Of a DNA stretch of 64,000 nucleotides, positions 38,652-49,360 are shown piece after piece. The DNA is from Perkinsela sp. CCAP 1560/9 (lineage: Eukaryota; Protista; Euglenozoa: Kinetoplastea). A model generated the notes under the pieces. It saw only the letters and a list, made by a program, of their open reading frames with translations, was not told the DNA's origin and made no database searches. How positions within the stretch are numbered: position 1 is the stretch's first letter; every line of letters begins with the position of its first letter. A program made the position numbers and the translations under genes. The stretch lies in the NCBI GenBank assembly GCA_965644495.1, contig CBFFSA010000007.1, positions 372,001 to 436,000 on the forward strand, given 5' to 3'.

Positions 38652-40223
38652 ATGGGCATTACTCACACCACAAAAGAGAATAGGCGGCAAAGTCGGCTTC
38701 GAAAGCTTCCTCGATTAGAACGCCTTGCAAAAATGGCGCAGCTGAAGAAAAAGCAGCGCAGAATTTTGAATTCTGACGAGAATCATGCTCTTCTTATGAA
38801 TAGCGAGCAAGGCCAGCTACTACGTTTGCACGAAAACATCCGGCAGAAACGCGCAACTAACCGTTCGGAGAGCATAGATGCAGTTCTAGGAATTATAGAA
38901 ACTGAATTCCATAAATACTGTCGCAGTTCAAAGGTATCGCGTGTAATACAAAGTTGCATTAAATACGCGACAAAAAGTCAACTTCTTCGCATCTACAATC
39001 TCTTACTACATCCGAATTCTGTGAAACCTGGCGAAGGTCTCGAGATGCGAAGTGAAGATGCTTTTTTGCCTACTTCCCTATCTGATTCGATATTCTCATC
39101 ACTCACTCAGGACACCTGCGCAGTACATGTTTTTGGGGCACTTGTTCGTCACTCCACACATGCCTTGTACTTATCACTGTACAAATGCTTTCTTCCTCGT
39201 ATACATCTTCTTGCACGTTCGACTGCCGGAGCGGGCTTGCTTGACATTTTATATCGAAGCACATATTGTTCCGCAGAAAAAAAGAATTATTTGATTTGCG
39301 GGATCATTTTAGGATCTGAAACTGCTCTGAGCGATAGGCTCGGGAACAAGCCCATGTCCAAAGGTAAAATAATAGATGACATGACTGGCATGCAATTAAC
39401 TAATACGAAACACGGAGTCCCGAAGGACAAGGAGATTCTTTTCTTTAGCCAGAAAATGACTAGAGAACAATTCGAATCTCTAATGCATTGTTGTGATTCC
39501 TCTCTTTCGAAAGCAAAGTCGGAAAATAAAATTGTGTACGAAATATGTTACATTGCGCTAGAGCTTGCTGAACAGTTCCAAGAGCAACAGTGGCGGAAAG
39601 AGCTGCTACTTGCGCTACGGCCTAGGCTTCTCGAATGCGCCAGTATATCTAGGACTGCTTCAATACTATCATCAAACTATTTTTGTGAATGTTCGCCGAA
39701 GGAACGCCGTGCGTTTCTACAAAATATATGCCCACACGTCGTAGAATTCGTCAGTTCATTTCATGGTGCTCCATTTATTTCTTCTCTTATTGCACAGCAA
39801 AAGGATCATCAAGTAGCGCTAAAAAACATTTTAAAGCCGATAACCGATAACATGGACCGACTTATTTCGGACGATAGCTTATTTCGTCACTTCGGAAAAT
39901 TTCTTTTAAATATTCTGCGGCAAATATTCAAGGCAAATATTTTGTTTGACACCTGGCGACAATATCCCCTTGGATCAGGGGATCCAGAGGTTATTAGTCG
40001 ATATTCATACGCTGCGAGTATTGTGCTTCCAAGTTTTCTCACCACACTTAAAAAACAAAGTGCGGAATCTTTTGTGAATGCGGGGAACATGCGGCAGATT
40101 CTAGAATTTCTAAAAAAGAAATTGACTCTCAACGATAAGATGCAATTTTCCACTGAACTTTACCATATTTTATTCGAGCTTAGCGAATGGCTGAAAGCCT
40201 TAGACAGCAAGTTAGTTGCTTAG
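38652..40223 (+). CDS. Puf6/PUM3-like nucleolar Pumilio-repeat protein
   Basis: Basic N-terminus; SRVIQSCIKYATKSQLLRIY matches the Puf6 SRVIQxxxKYG motif; helical repeats follow. Confidence 0.7.
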   Translation: MGITHTTKENRRQSRLRKLPRLERLAKMAQLKKKQRRILNSDENHALLMNSEQGQLLRLHENIRQKRATNRSESIDAVLGIIETEFHKYCRSSKVSRVIQSCIKYATKSQLLRIYNLLLHPNSVKPGEGLEMRSEDAFLPTSLSDSIFSSLTQDTCAVHVFGALVRHSTHALYLSLYKCFLPRIHLLARSTAGAGLLDILYRSTYCSAEKKNYLICGIILGSETALSDRLGNKPMSKGKIIDDMTGMQLTNTKHGVPKDKEILFFSQKMTREQFESLMHCCDSSLSKAKSENKIVYEICYIALELAEQFQEQQWRKELLLALRPRLLECASISRTASILSSNYFCECSPKERRAFLQNICPHVVEFVSSFHGAPFISSLIAQQKDHQVALKNILKPITDNMDRLISDDSLFRHFGKFLLNILRQIFKANILFDTWRQYPLGSGDPEVISRYSYAASIVLPSFLTTLKKQSAESFVNAGNMRQILEFLKKKLTLNDKMQFSTELYHILFELSEWLKALDSKLVA

Positions 40224-40699
40224 CATACTCTACAATTCCCTTTTTTCCACGATTTAAGCTACACTGATATGCGATTTACATCTCACAAAGTAACTCGTAT
40301 GTCTCATTATATCGATCTACTCATTCAAATGGTTTAATCATACTTTTAACAAACACAATATATAGGCGTGCAATCTCTTATAGGGGTTATACTTGTAAGG
40401 GTATCTTCGCCTACCATACCCATACTTTGAACGAGTTTATCCCTCATTGACATTTGAAATTAACACTCAAGGAAAAGACTTTCCAACCATCATTCATTTT
40501 GATTTTGAAATGCTATTTATGTTTTTGAGCTTACCACTATCATTCATACGTGTAATGTATCGTGGTATGTGTAATGAACATAAATGCTAAGATACATGAA
40601 TCTCGTCCCGCTTCAGTGTATTGTCAAAATTACGATCAAGCAAATGATGGGGGTTTATAACAAAAATATACATGTATAACAGAGGAACAACGAAACACC

Positions 40700-41392
40700 A
40701 TGTCTTTCAGCTTTGAGGAGAGTTTTCTCCCGGAAACGAAGTCGGATTCCGAAATTCGAAAACGATCACTAGAAGAAGGTAATGTTCAGTCGAAGGAGAA
40801 TTCCTCGGGAACTTTCGAACATTCGAGCGAGGTATCTTGTAACAAGACGACCATAATTTCAGGGGTAGATAATGTTTTGTCTTTTGTATGCCATAGCCTC
40901 CGTGAACTAATTACCAATCCAACAAGGGAATGCTGTAACGGCGTTAGGCAGCGGAGTTCACATAATTTACAATCTTCGCATCAAGGCACCCAGAGTTGTT
41001 TTCCTTTCCTTTGTTCTCATTCTGATGAAGTCGCCGCTGATGTAAATAATCCGAAAAAAAAGAGAAGGGTTACTGCACATGCACTTGAAAAGGCAAGTTG
41101 TGGTAGTCAGACAACCACAACCCATCGAGGTAACGCAACTAATTCGAATCAAGCCAGTGATAGGGAAAATTTTTGCCGAGTTTTGCATAAACTGCGGACC
41201 GTTATTTTTACACGTACTATTCCAACAGAGAAAAAGGTTCAGTGCGATCTTCGCGAGGTTCTGAATCCTGTCAGCTGTGTCAAATTAAACAACAGAAGTG
41301 TGAAAAAGGAAATGATTATTCCCAAGTTAAGACCCCTGAAGGATTCAATGGGGGTTGATGTAGATTCCCGTTTCGAATATACACCACTTTAA
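40700..41392 (+). CDS. Hypothetical protein with NLS-like PKKKRR
   Basis: 230-aa ORF on the coding strand, starting with ATG. Confidence 0.6.
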   Translation: MSFSFEESFLPETKSDSEIRKRSLEEGNVQSKENSSGTFEHSSEVSCNKTTIISGVDNVLSFVCHSLRELITNPTRECCNGVRQRSSHNLQSSHQGTQSCFPFLCSHSDEVAADVNNPKKKRRVTAHALEKASCGSQTTTTHRGNATNSNQASDRENFCRVLHKLRTVIFTRTIPTEKKVQCDLREVLNPVSCVKLNNRSVKKEMIIPKLRPLKDSMGVDVDSRFEYTPL

Positions 41393-41652
41393 CTAATTGG
41401 AAAAAAACGATACGCACATCAGCTTGCTAATAGTACTAATGTACCCAGGTTCGACACGCAGTACATGGACAAGTCCTTATGATATTATAGGATGGTGCGA
41501 ATTTCATCTCAGATTTTGTTCTATTAATTTACATGTATTTATTGACCTAGGTGAATTAAAGTACTAATTTTTATTTTCTAGTTTCTTAAAATACATAATA
41601 ATCTAGAATATTTTGGTAATTACTCTACTAATAATTTCGACTATCGCATTGC

Positions 41653-42732
41653 GTGGCTCTAAGCTTCGTTTTGCAGTGGCTCTTCAAGAAAGGTAATTGC
41701 TTTCACCGGAATCTCTATTTAGAAGGAACCATTGGCAGCCATTCTCAAAAGCACATCAAATGTTTAGTGGACCTTGAGCCTCACGTAACTGTTGCAGCGG
41801 TGCCTGTTGAATCTTTACTATTTGCAGACGATGTGCCCCAACTTTCATCATTTGAGCTCCCAAATGTTTTATTACGTGCCTTTCGTCTCACACCATCAGC
41901 ATCAACTTTGCCGTCACAACCCCTCGAAAGAATTTTAAGTAATTCTCATTGTTTCCCGTCTCTTCTATCAATTTTTCGTCTTTCATGGTGGATAGCACTC
42001 CATCGAGCGGAGCTCGATAACTTTTGGCCTGTAGTGAATACGAATAGGTATTCAAGTTGGATACGCTGTTTACCGTTACAACCATCGTCAATGTTTTTCG
42101 TGAATAAACAGGAGAAATATTTTTCATCCCCCGTAAATGATACCAAAGCATTTAAGATAGCCGAAAAATCAGGTATCACGGCACAACTGATGGAGATACA
42201 CGAAACTTGCCTTAGGTTCATTCAGTCTTATCACAATCTCTTGACAAAAGAAAAGGCCATGCTCAGTGAAAAGGATCTGAGTTCTATATTTGTTTCTCCT
42301 TCTCTGCGCCTCTTATATTGGGCTTGGCGCATTGTGCACAGTACGTTGCTACTTGTTCCGAGTCAAACGAGGAATAAGAAGATAGCCAGCATGCAAGAAA
42401 GTCAAAGTGTACCTATTGAAAGCGTTACGAAAGACGCAGAAATAGCTCTTTGCCCAATGTTGAGTTTCTTCAAAAAACAGAATGGGAAACTACAAATGAT
42501 GCCGGAAGAGAAGGTTCCAAATTTGCGAATCGATGTACTACGTGATTTAACTGAGCTCAGAGAACTAAGGCCGCAATGGAGAAAACGCAAATTTTTATCA
42601 TCCGCTCTTTTTGTTGTTCTAAGAACCACTTCCCAAGTCAAAAAACATACAAATCTCATTGTAGATACTCGAGAAGACTTTTTTTTTGACAGCAGCAATT
42701 TAGCAAAGCATTTGTATAAACACGGAGGTTAA
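41653..42732 (+). CDS. Degenerate SET-domain (LSMT/SETD3-like) protein lacking an upstream AUG
   Basis: LQWLFKKG, YSSWIRCLP, LYWAWRIVHS and ALCPMLSFF correspond to LSMT-type SET motifs; the NH of the NHS motif is absent. Confidence 0.55.
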   Translation: MALSFVLQWLFKKGNCFHRNLYLEGTIGSHSQKHIKCLVDLEPHVTVAAVPVESLLFADDVPQLSSFELPNVLLRAFRLTPSASTLPSQPLERILSNSHCFPSLLSIFRLSWWIALHRAELDNFWPVVNTNRYSSWIRCLPLQPSSMFFVNKQEKYFSSPVNDTKAFKIAEKSGITAQLMEIHETCLRFIQSYHNLLTKEKAMLSEKDLSSIFVSPSLRLLYWAWRIVHSTLLLVPSQTRNKKIASMQESQSVPIESVTKDAEIALCPMLSFFKKQNGKLQMMPEEKVPNLRIDVLRDLTELRELRPQWRKRKFLSSALFVVLRTTSQVKKHTNLIVDTREDFFFDSSNLAKHLYKHGG

Positions 42733-43028
42733 GGCACTCTGTGGACCATGTGGAGAAAAGTACAGGTGGACACACCCACAACAGTGCTTACTTTGGTGCC
42801 TGCTCAAGTATTTCGAAAATTTCAAAATCTTAAGATTCTTGAATCTGAGATAATTATTCTTCTAAGATTCTTCTAAGAAAAGAAAATGGCGACGTACTTC
42901 CAATTTTTGAAGGATGTGTTGGCGACTTGTACGGGGGATAATAGATAAACATCATTATAGATACATTGTATGTAAAATACTAACGAACACCTATGTGGCG
43001 GGTACCGGCTTTATGATAGAAAGGACAA

Positions 43029-44075
43029 ATGCGCTTCAATTCCGCATTATGGTATAGCATTTACTTGTTTCGTGGATTCGTTTTTTCTTTAATTATTTGC
43101 ACGACTGCTTTTACAGGTTGCTTCGTTCATTTGCCGATAACGTTTCTTCTAGGAAAGTGGAAACAGCGGATTCGATCCGCACTCAAGAGCACTTTTTTCG
43201 CACTTGCCGCCTTCTTAATCGAATTTATGTATGGTGTAGAATGCTATTCAAATCTGGATGAAATAACTTCAACGAACTCGCTCTCCGGAGCAAATATACT
43301 CATGATTTCTAATCATCGAACACGGATTGATTGGGCTTTGCTCTGGATTCTATTTGCAAGGTATCCTTATTTACTACTGGAGTTAAAGATTACTCTGAAA
43401 CACAATCTTCGCAAAATTCCACTCTTTGGATGGGCAATGCGTTCCTTTGACTTCGTTTTTCTACGTCGATCATTCCAGATAGATGAACAAAAGTTATTAT
43501 CATTGTTTTCCGAGAGCAGAGGTCCGACAGTTGTACTGCTGTTTCCAGAAGGTACTGATTTGTCTCCGGGAAACCTCGAGAAGTCTCGGAGCTATGCCAT
43601 TCAAAAACACTTGTCGGTCACGCAGCACGTGCTAGTACCACGAGCAAAGGGTTTTTCCACTTTGCTGAGGCAAATAAAAACTTGTCCACCGTACTTTGTG
43701 CTAGATGTCACCATGGCCTTTCACGATCGAGCGGGACACCGTCCCTCAGAAGTAAGCTTTTTTGATGGTACTCTACCGTCCCGTGTTTACTACCACGCGA
43801 GATTACGGCAAACGTCTGATATGACTTCTGAAAGTGAACTTGCTGATCGACTTTTTGAATACTTCGAGGAGAAAGAAATTCTCTTACGACAATTTTACAA
43901 CCGTGGGTGGGAAAATTTGTGCTCAAAAACAAAAATACCCACTCTGTGCTACCTTAAAAGTATTGCATTCTGGCTACTGTCAAACCTTATCGTATGTAGA
44001 TTTATGTGTTACCTTTACGTGCCATATACAGTGCTTTGGATGGTTTTCGTGGGTACCGTGTTCTCGCTTACTTAA
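43029..44075 (+). CDS. Lysophospholipid acyltransferase (AGPAT/LCLAT1-like)
   Basis: NHRTRIDW (HX4D), FLRR, FPEGTD and HVLVPRAKGF, plus TM helices. Confidence 0.92.
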   Translation: MRFNSALWYSIYLFRGFVFSLIICTTAFTGCFVHLPITFLLGKWKQRIRSALKSTFFALAAFLIEFMYGVECYSNLDEITSTNSLSGANILMISNHRTRIDWALLWILFARYPYLLLELKITLKHNLRKIPLFGWAMRSFDFVFLRRSFQIDEQKLLSLFSESRGPTVVLLFPEGTDLSPGNLEKSRSYAIQKHLSVTQHVLVPRAKGFSTLLRQIKTCPPYFVLDVTMAFHDRAGHRPSEVSFFDGTLPSRVYYHARLRQTSDMTSESELADRLFEYFEEKEILLRQFYNRGWENLCSKTKIPTLCYLKSIAFWLLSNLIVCRFMCYLYVPYTVLWMVFVGTVFSLT

Positions 44076-44225
44076 CGCGGTATAGTAAAATTAATATAAT
44101 GAAATAGTCGAGTAGAGGGTTACTGTACCTGCTCGGTTAGTGTATGCTTATTCTTGTTTATATTTTAGAGAGTCCTGTGGAGAACGTATTAAAAGTGCTT
44201 TAAGGCTCAGAACCGCTGTAATCCC

Positions 44226-44310
44226 GCTATATTTTTTAATGCTCATATATATTAATGCTCCTTTTTTTTTATTGCTCCTTTTTAATGCTCATATATTAAT
44301 GCTCATATAA
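44226..44310. repeat. Short array of ttaatgctc/ttattgctc motifs, possible transposon-end relic
   Basis: Five copies of the motif. A similar ctatattttattgctcc sequence lies at about 27497-27525. Confidence 0.45.
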
Positions 44311-44399
44311 ACCATCCTATGCGTGAAAGAGTTTTGTTTACATGCCGAGATGCATCAGTTTTTTTTATAATCCACTATAATCCGTCACATCAATAATTA

Positions 44400-45054
44400 C
44401 CGTGAAAACATTAATTAAGAATAACATAAATTAAGGTAACTTTTTTTTGGCACATAATTATTACCTTAATTTCTGGTACCTTAATTAATGTATGAGCCCA
44501 GATTTTGTAGCCCAGATTTCCGGTGTCGATATCTTTCGAAACTTGAACAAAATTCAGTTGAAAGTACCTACAACGCCTTTGTCCAGATGAGTTAGAATAT
44601 TTGAATTACATGCGTAGAATCATAATTCGCAAATAGAACATTAGATACCACACCTTTAATCTCGCGCACCTGTGCATTTTTTTTCGCTCATTTTTTCATT
44701 TTTATCTGTTTTTCACGTCTTTTTCATTGATCTTTCCTCTCCCCTACTTAGTGTTTAATTTTGCCGAATTCTACTAAACACTAAATAGGGGGGGACGGTA
44801 ATCAATTTTGAGTAATTTTTAGCAAATAGCTTTTAAGCTTTTTTCGCTTGCAAATAGGTTTTAAGCATGCCTGCCTTATGAGATTTTTGAATGCACGCTG
44901 ATGGGTTCTAAGTTGAAAATAACCATTGCCTTTCACGAAGCGACTAAAAGAAAAATTAATTTTGCGATAGATTTTCGGAAAAATGAGTGACACATAATTA
45001 TTACCTTAATTTCTGGTACCTTAATTTTAATTACCTTAATAAGCGTTTTGACGG
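44400..45054. mobile_element. AT-rich MITE with CCGT...ACGG termini and TA target duplication
   Basis: TA|ccgtgaaaacattaattaag..ttaaggta ... taccttaataagcgttttgacgg|TA. A 36-bp internal direct repeat sits at 44451 and 44991, with an internal hairpin at about 44741-44792. Confidence 0.85.
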
Positions 45055-45116
45055 TAGTTATTGAAGTCTTTAATTCCATGCAACTCTGACATTAAACCTG
45101 TTGTTAAGTACTTGGG

Positions 45117-47051
45117 ATGATGCAACGGGATCTTGCTATTTCCCGGGACTCTTCCACGAGTTTGGAGTTACAGAACAATGATGTTTATCTGAATCATATC
45201 GTGCATACGAAGGAACAACCCGAAGAGGGTAGACGACGCGAACTCGTACTCGTAAAAATCGACCACCTCCTTAAAGAGTGGGTAAGGCGAGAAGTGATTA
45301 AGAAAGGTAAAGGCAAACTCGCGGCGCAGGAAGCAGGAGGCCGCATGTTCACCTCTGGGAGTTACCGCATGGGGGTACATGGCCCAGGCAGTGACATTGA
45401 CGTCATTCTAGTCGTGCCACAGTTCATCACCTCTGCTGACTTCTTTGAAAGTCTCTATGCGATCCTCAAAGCCCACCCGGACACATCGGAGATTCGCCGC
45501 ACCCCCGGTGCGCGCCAGCCCATCATGTCGCTTACATTCATGCAGATCTGTCTGGATATGCAACTCGCGACGCTCCGACAGAGTAGCGTTTCCTCGAATA
45601 TTGATATATGCGCTGTAGGGACACTACGAGGGTTGGACCCCACAACGCGTCGCACCCTCTCCGGACCGGCCGTCGCGGAATGTGTTCTGCGTGCGGTGCC
45701 CCAAGTTCGGACCTTCCGGGAGTGCCTCCGTGGGGTGAAGCTGTGGGCCACCTCGCGCGGGGTAACGAGCAGCCGGATGGCCTACATGGGCGGGGTCGCG
45801 CTCGCGATTCTGGTCGCCCGGGTGTGTCAGCTCTACCCGAATCTGTGCTCCGCAGGGCTGCTGCATAAATTTTTCTCCATGTACTCAGGGTGGTTCCGCG
45901 CCGACACCACGCAGCACCGCAATCAGCCGATTTATCTCACTGCGAGTTTGACGGTGAGTGAACCGGAATTACGGAATATCAGTTGGGATAGCGCAAGTAA
46001 GATGCGTGATGCCGGCGACATTCTGCCTATTATTACCCCCGCGGTGCCTTATCAAAACACATGTGCCCAGGTTAGTCGCTCCACATTGCGGATCATTTGT
46101 GAAGAATTCGTTCGGGGGGCAAATATTTTGGATCGTGGCATGCAAGAAGCACAAAACGCTGCTACAAGTGATTTGTCAGCCAAACAGATATACGAAGCAT
46201 CGTTCAAAGAGCTATGTCTCGACACAGAATTTTTTGCTCGCTACCCGTATTTCTTATCCGTCAACGTCAGTTCTGCGGATATGCAAGACTTTAAAGATTA
46301 TGAATCTGGAGTTGAAAGTCGTATGGGTGTTCTTTTACGATCACTGGAGAAGAACAATGCTGACCTAACCTGTCACCTGATGCCTCGGATGTTCATGCAT
46401 CCCGAAGCGGAACCTCCCGAGCTGGCAACAGGGGCAGACAGACCGAACACCACTAAAATATACACAGCTTGCATATTTATAGGATTTTTAGTGGAACAAA
46501 AAAATGCCCAAATCGATATTCGAAAGGCGATTCAGGACTTCAAAGACAGTCTAAATAGCCTTGTGGAATCGATGAAGGCGGGAAACAATACGAAGTTAGT
46601 ACTACTTCCACAAAAGAAGATTCCCACTTGGATTATCACAGAGGAAGAAAGAAGGAAGCTTCGTCATCAGTACAAGACACAATCCAAACCTATCGTTTTG
46701 CCAATCGAAAATATAGAAAAAAACGGAACTGACTCTGCTACCGGTCATGAAGAAGTTTCGTCCAAACGAATGAAGGTTTCTCATGTGGAACGAATGAAAG
46801 AGGACAAATTGGTCACCGAAAATGAATCAGAATCTCTTAAAGCAAGACGAAATTCTGATATGCTTACGCCTGAGAACAAAATCGTAACAGAAAATGAATC
46901 AGAAACTCTTCAACGAAGAGAAGAACCAGACGTGCCTACCCCTCAATACCCTGAGAAACCAATAAGCAAGGAAGTAGAGGAACCTGAAAGTCTTCCAGGC
47001 ACAATGAGCGACCAAGAAATTGAAGACGTGTTGGCATCAATGTACAATTGA
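45117..47051 (+). CDS. PAP: Canonical poly(A) polymerase
   Basis: GSYRMGVHGPGSDIDV nucleotidyltransferase motif, LRGVKLWA..RGV, YMGGVALAILVARVCQLYPN and PIITPAVP. Confidence 0.95.
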   Translation: MMQRDLAISRDSSTSLELQNNDVYLNHIVHTKEQPEEGRRRELVLVKIDHLLKEWVRREVIKKGKGKLAAQEAGGRMFTSGSYRMGVHGPGSDIDVILVVPQFITSADFFESLYAILKAHPDTSEIRRTPGARQPIMSLTFMQICLDMQLATLRQSSVSSNIDICAVGTLRGLDPTTRRTLSGPAVAECVLRAVPQVRTFRECLRGVKLWATSRGVTSSRMAYMGGVALAILVARVCQLYPNLCSAGLLHKFFSMYSGWFRADTTQHRNQPIYLTASLTVSEPELRNISWDSASKMRDAGDILPIITPAVPYQNTCAQVSRSTLRIICEEFVRGANILDRGMQEAQNAATSDLSAKQIYEASFKELCLDTEFFARYPYFLSVNVSSADMQDFKDYESGVESRMGVLLRSLEKNNADLTCHLMPRMFMHPEAEPPELATGADRPNTTKIYTACIFIGFLVEQKNAQIDIRKAIQDFKDSLNSLVESMKAGNNTKLVLLPQKKIPTWIITEEERRKLRHQYKTQSKPIVLPIENIEKNGTDSATGHEEVSSKRMKVSHVERMKEDKLVTENESESLKARRNSDMLTPENKIVTENESETLQRREEPDVPTPQYPEKPISKEVEEPESLPGTMSDQEIEDVLASMYN

Positions 47052-47420
47052 AACAATTCTTATTTGTGCCTTTGATCCATACTTAATGGTTTCCTTCTTA
47101 TGCGTGAAGGAACATATTTTGAGATGAGCTACCGAGGCTCCTTCTTCACAAGTGTGGAACTCCCTACTTCAGTGTCATCGATGATGCTATTTTTTACAAA
47201 CACATTTCTGATGATTGAATACGGGCACGTGTAATCGCAGGATTCATGCTTTCTATACATTTTTTTATACAGTATGGAGTAGGGATCCTTTAGTTTAAAA
47301 ATAAATAAAGAAAAACAAATTAAATAAAAAAAAACATTTAGTTTTGATGTCTATTCTAATTCTATTTCCATCCGCCCAAACTTATCACAGCCTTTTTAAC
47401 AATGACGAAGGCATACAGCG

Positions 47421-48143
47421 ATGAACACGCAAACACTCGACCAAATACGACCGAACGCAACTTTTTGGCGTGGGAGTAGGCTTTTCTTATCGCATGCAGC
47501 TCGTTCTGTTACACCTTCCACTTGGACATTTCACTATTTTGTTTTACATCAGGAAGTACACACAGATAGAAAGAACATCGGGGAAGAATTCGACATAAGT
47601 AGATCATTAGTTCTTCCCGAAGATATAAGACAAAAGATTAAAATCATGCTTCAATTTTGTCTACGCAGCAGTATCGAGGGATATTTTCAAGCGTTGAAAT
47701 ATAGATGCAAGGATGGCGCCCGGTATGGCGTTCCATACGTGATTTACCCCAGACAGTCGAGCCACACAGGCCGCGTTTCTGGTCTTTCACATGCGGAAAG
47801 CGGTGTTTTAATCGCTATTACCAGTAAGGAAACATCTTCTATTATTCCAACATTAAGCAATGCACTTCAAATTCCGATTCGTGAAGTTGAAACAGAGATG
47901 CCTGCTGCCATCGCGGATGTTTTACCGGAATTAACATGGCGTGATGTTGTTCGAAGCGTACGTATTCTACGCAGTGTTGGGAAATCATTGCGACTATTGG
48001 TGATTAAATTGGATGCTTCATTGTCGCCAAGAACAAAATTTAAAAATAAGAATGTGTTGGTCAATGTCCCACCTATATTTCGTGTAGTTCAGGACGAGGA
48101 GTATTCCTATGCAAAAGCACATGCTTTATTTTCCAACATTTAG
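47421..48143 (+). CDS. Hypothetical protein
   Basis: 240-aa ORF on the coding strand; no motif recognised. Confidence 0.6.
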   Translation: MNTQTLDQIRPNATFWRGSRLFLSHAARSVTPSTWTFHYFVLHQEVHTDRKNIGEEFDISRSLVLPEDIRQKIKIMLQFCLRSSIEGYFQALKYRCKDGARYGVPYVIYPRQSSHTGRVSGLSHAESGVLIAITSKETSSIIPTLSNALQIPIREVETEMPAAIADVLPELTWRDVVRSVRILRSVGKSLRLLVIKLDASLSPRTKFKNKNVLVNVPPIFRVVQDEEYSYAKAHALFSNI

Positions 48144-48329
48144 TGTCTACTATACTGTTTATGATTGTTTTCAAAAGCAAAACGATTTCTTTCTATAAAA
48201 ATGGAACTAAAAAGCGATTCTCTTCAACGAGTATTACACTTGAATACCTAAATGGTATCACTGTCGTTCCGCATGGGTATATTCCCAGAAATCTTTCAAC
48301 ATTATTTTTCTACGCTTCTTAATTTTTAA

Positions 48330-48965
48330 ATGTCCTTCCGCAGTCAGGTTTTTTCGCTATGGTACGTCGTGTCACTGGTGTGTACTCTGTACTTATACAC
48401 CCTCAACATTGCTCTACCAGTGTCAGGAGGGTATCCCGCGTACTGCCTTCCTCCGGCCTCGTACGGTAACCGGTCCCGCGCGGCTCCCGTGTCTGCATAC
48501 TGTCAGCGCCATAAACAGCTCTACTCCGCGGTCGCACCCTACACGGGTTTAAGCTCTAGGGATCTGCGCGAGGACCTGCGACGTGTTGACAAGACAACGC
48601 TAACTCTTTCTCTCTCCCCTCCCAATTGGTACATTGCGCTCTGCGCCGTACACACCGTATGCATGGCGTGCAGCATTGTTTTTCTCCTCCTCAGTTTGCT
48701 CTCCAGCTTCCTTGGTCGGGTTTTTAAGCCTGTGGCGAATCTGGCGGCGCTTGTGATGATGGTACTCCCGATTGTGTGGTATCAGCTCTCTGCGGTCAGT
48801 GGACTGCAGGCGCGTACGGCTACTGCTTTGTTGCAGTCCTATTTCTCCTCTTCTATCGGCGCGAAGCTTATTCTCTCTGTGTTTTCCCTTCCTATGCTGC
48901 AGCTTGCCTACGCAAGCACACTGTCTTCTGTCAAAGGTCGTCGAAAAGGCTCGAAGAGAGCTTAG
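48330..48965 (+). CDS. Multi-TM membrane protein
   Basis: About four hydrophobic helices and a basic C-terminal tail. Confidence 0.65.
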   Translation: MSFRSQVFSLWYVVSLVCTLYLYTLNIALPVSGGYPAYCLPPASYGNRSRAAPVSAYCQRHKQLYSAVAPYTGLSSRDLREDLRRVDKTTLTLSLSPPNWYIALCAVHTVCMACSIVFLLLSLLSSFLGRVFKPVANLAALVMMVLPIVWYQLSAVSGLQARTATALLQSYFSSSIGAKLILSVFSLPMLQLAYASTLSSVKGRRKGSKRA

Positions 48966-49360
48966 TGGGAAGTCTTATTCTTCGTTTGAGATAGTACAGT
49001 TTTGATTTCGAAGTTTTATTGGAATAATGATTCATGACCAATTGAGACAGTTTTTACAAGCTATTTAATTAAACGGAAAAAATCTTTCTGGAGACAAATG
49101 AATACCTCAGCGATACGAAGTTATGGGCGCGAGTTTTTGTTGGAGGAAAGTTAGATTAGTTTTATTGATGAGATCCTTCGGTTCGCATAGAATATCGAGG
49201 TTTACACGTTAGCAATCATACCGAAAATATGTACGTTGGTCGATACGTGCAACTGTAATGCACGTTAGACAGCATCTCAAAATTTTTTACTTTTTTTATT
49301 ATTGTGAGGCAATCCGCGCATTTTTGCTCTTAGTGACCTTTACTCTGTTTCGTTTCAATA

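Noticed and set aside
47170-47215. ATGATG...CTGA resembling C/D snoRNA boxes
   Set aside because: Imperfect C box and only about 30 nt between boxes.
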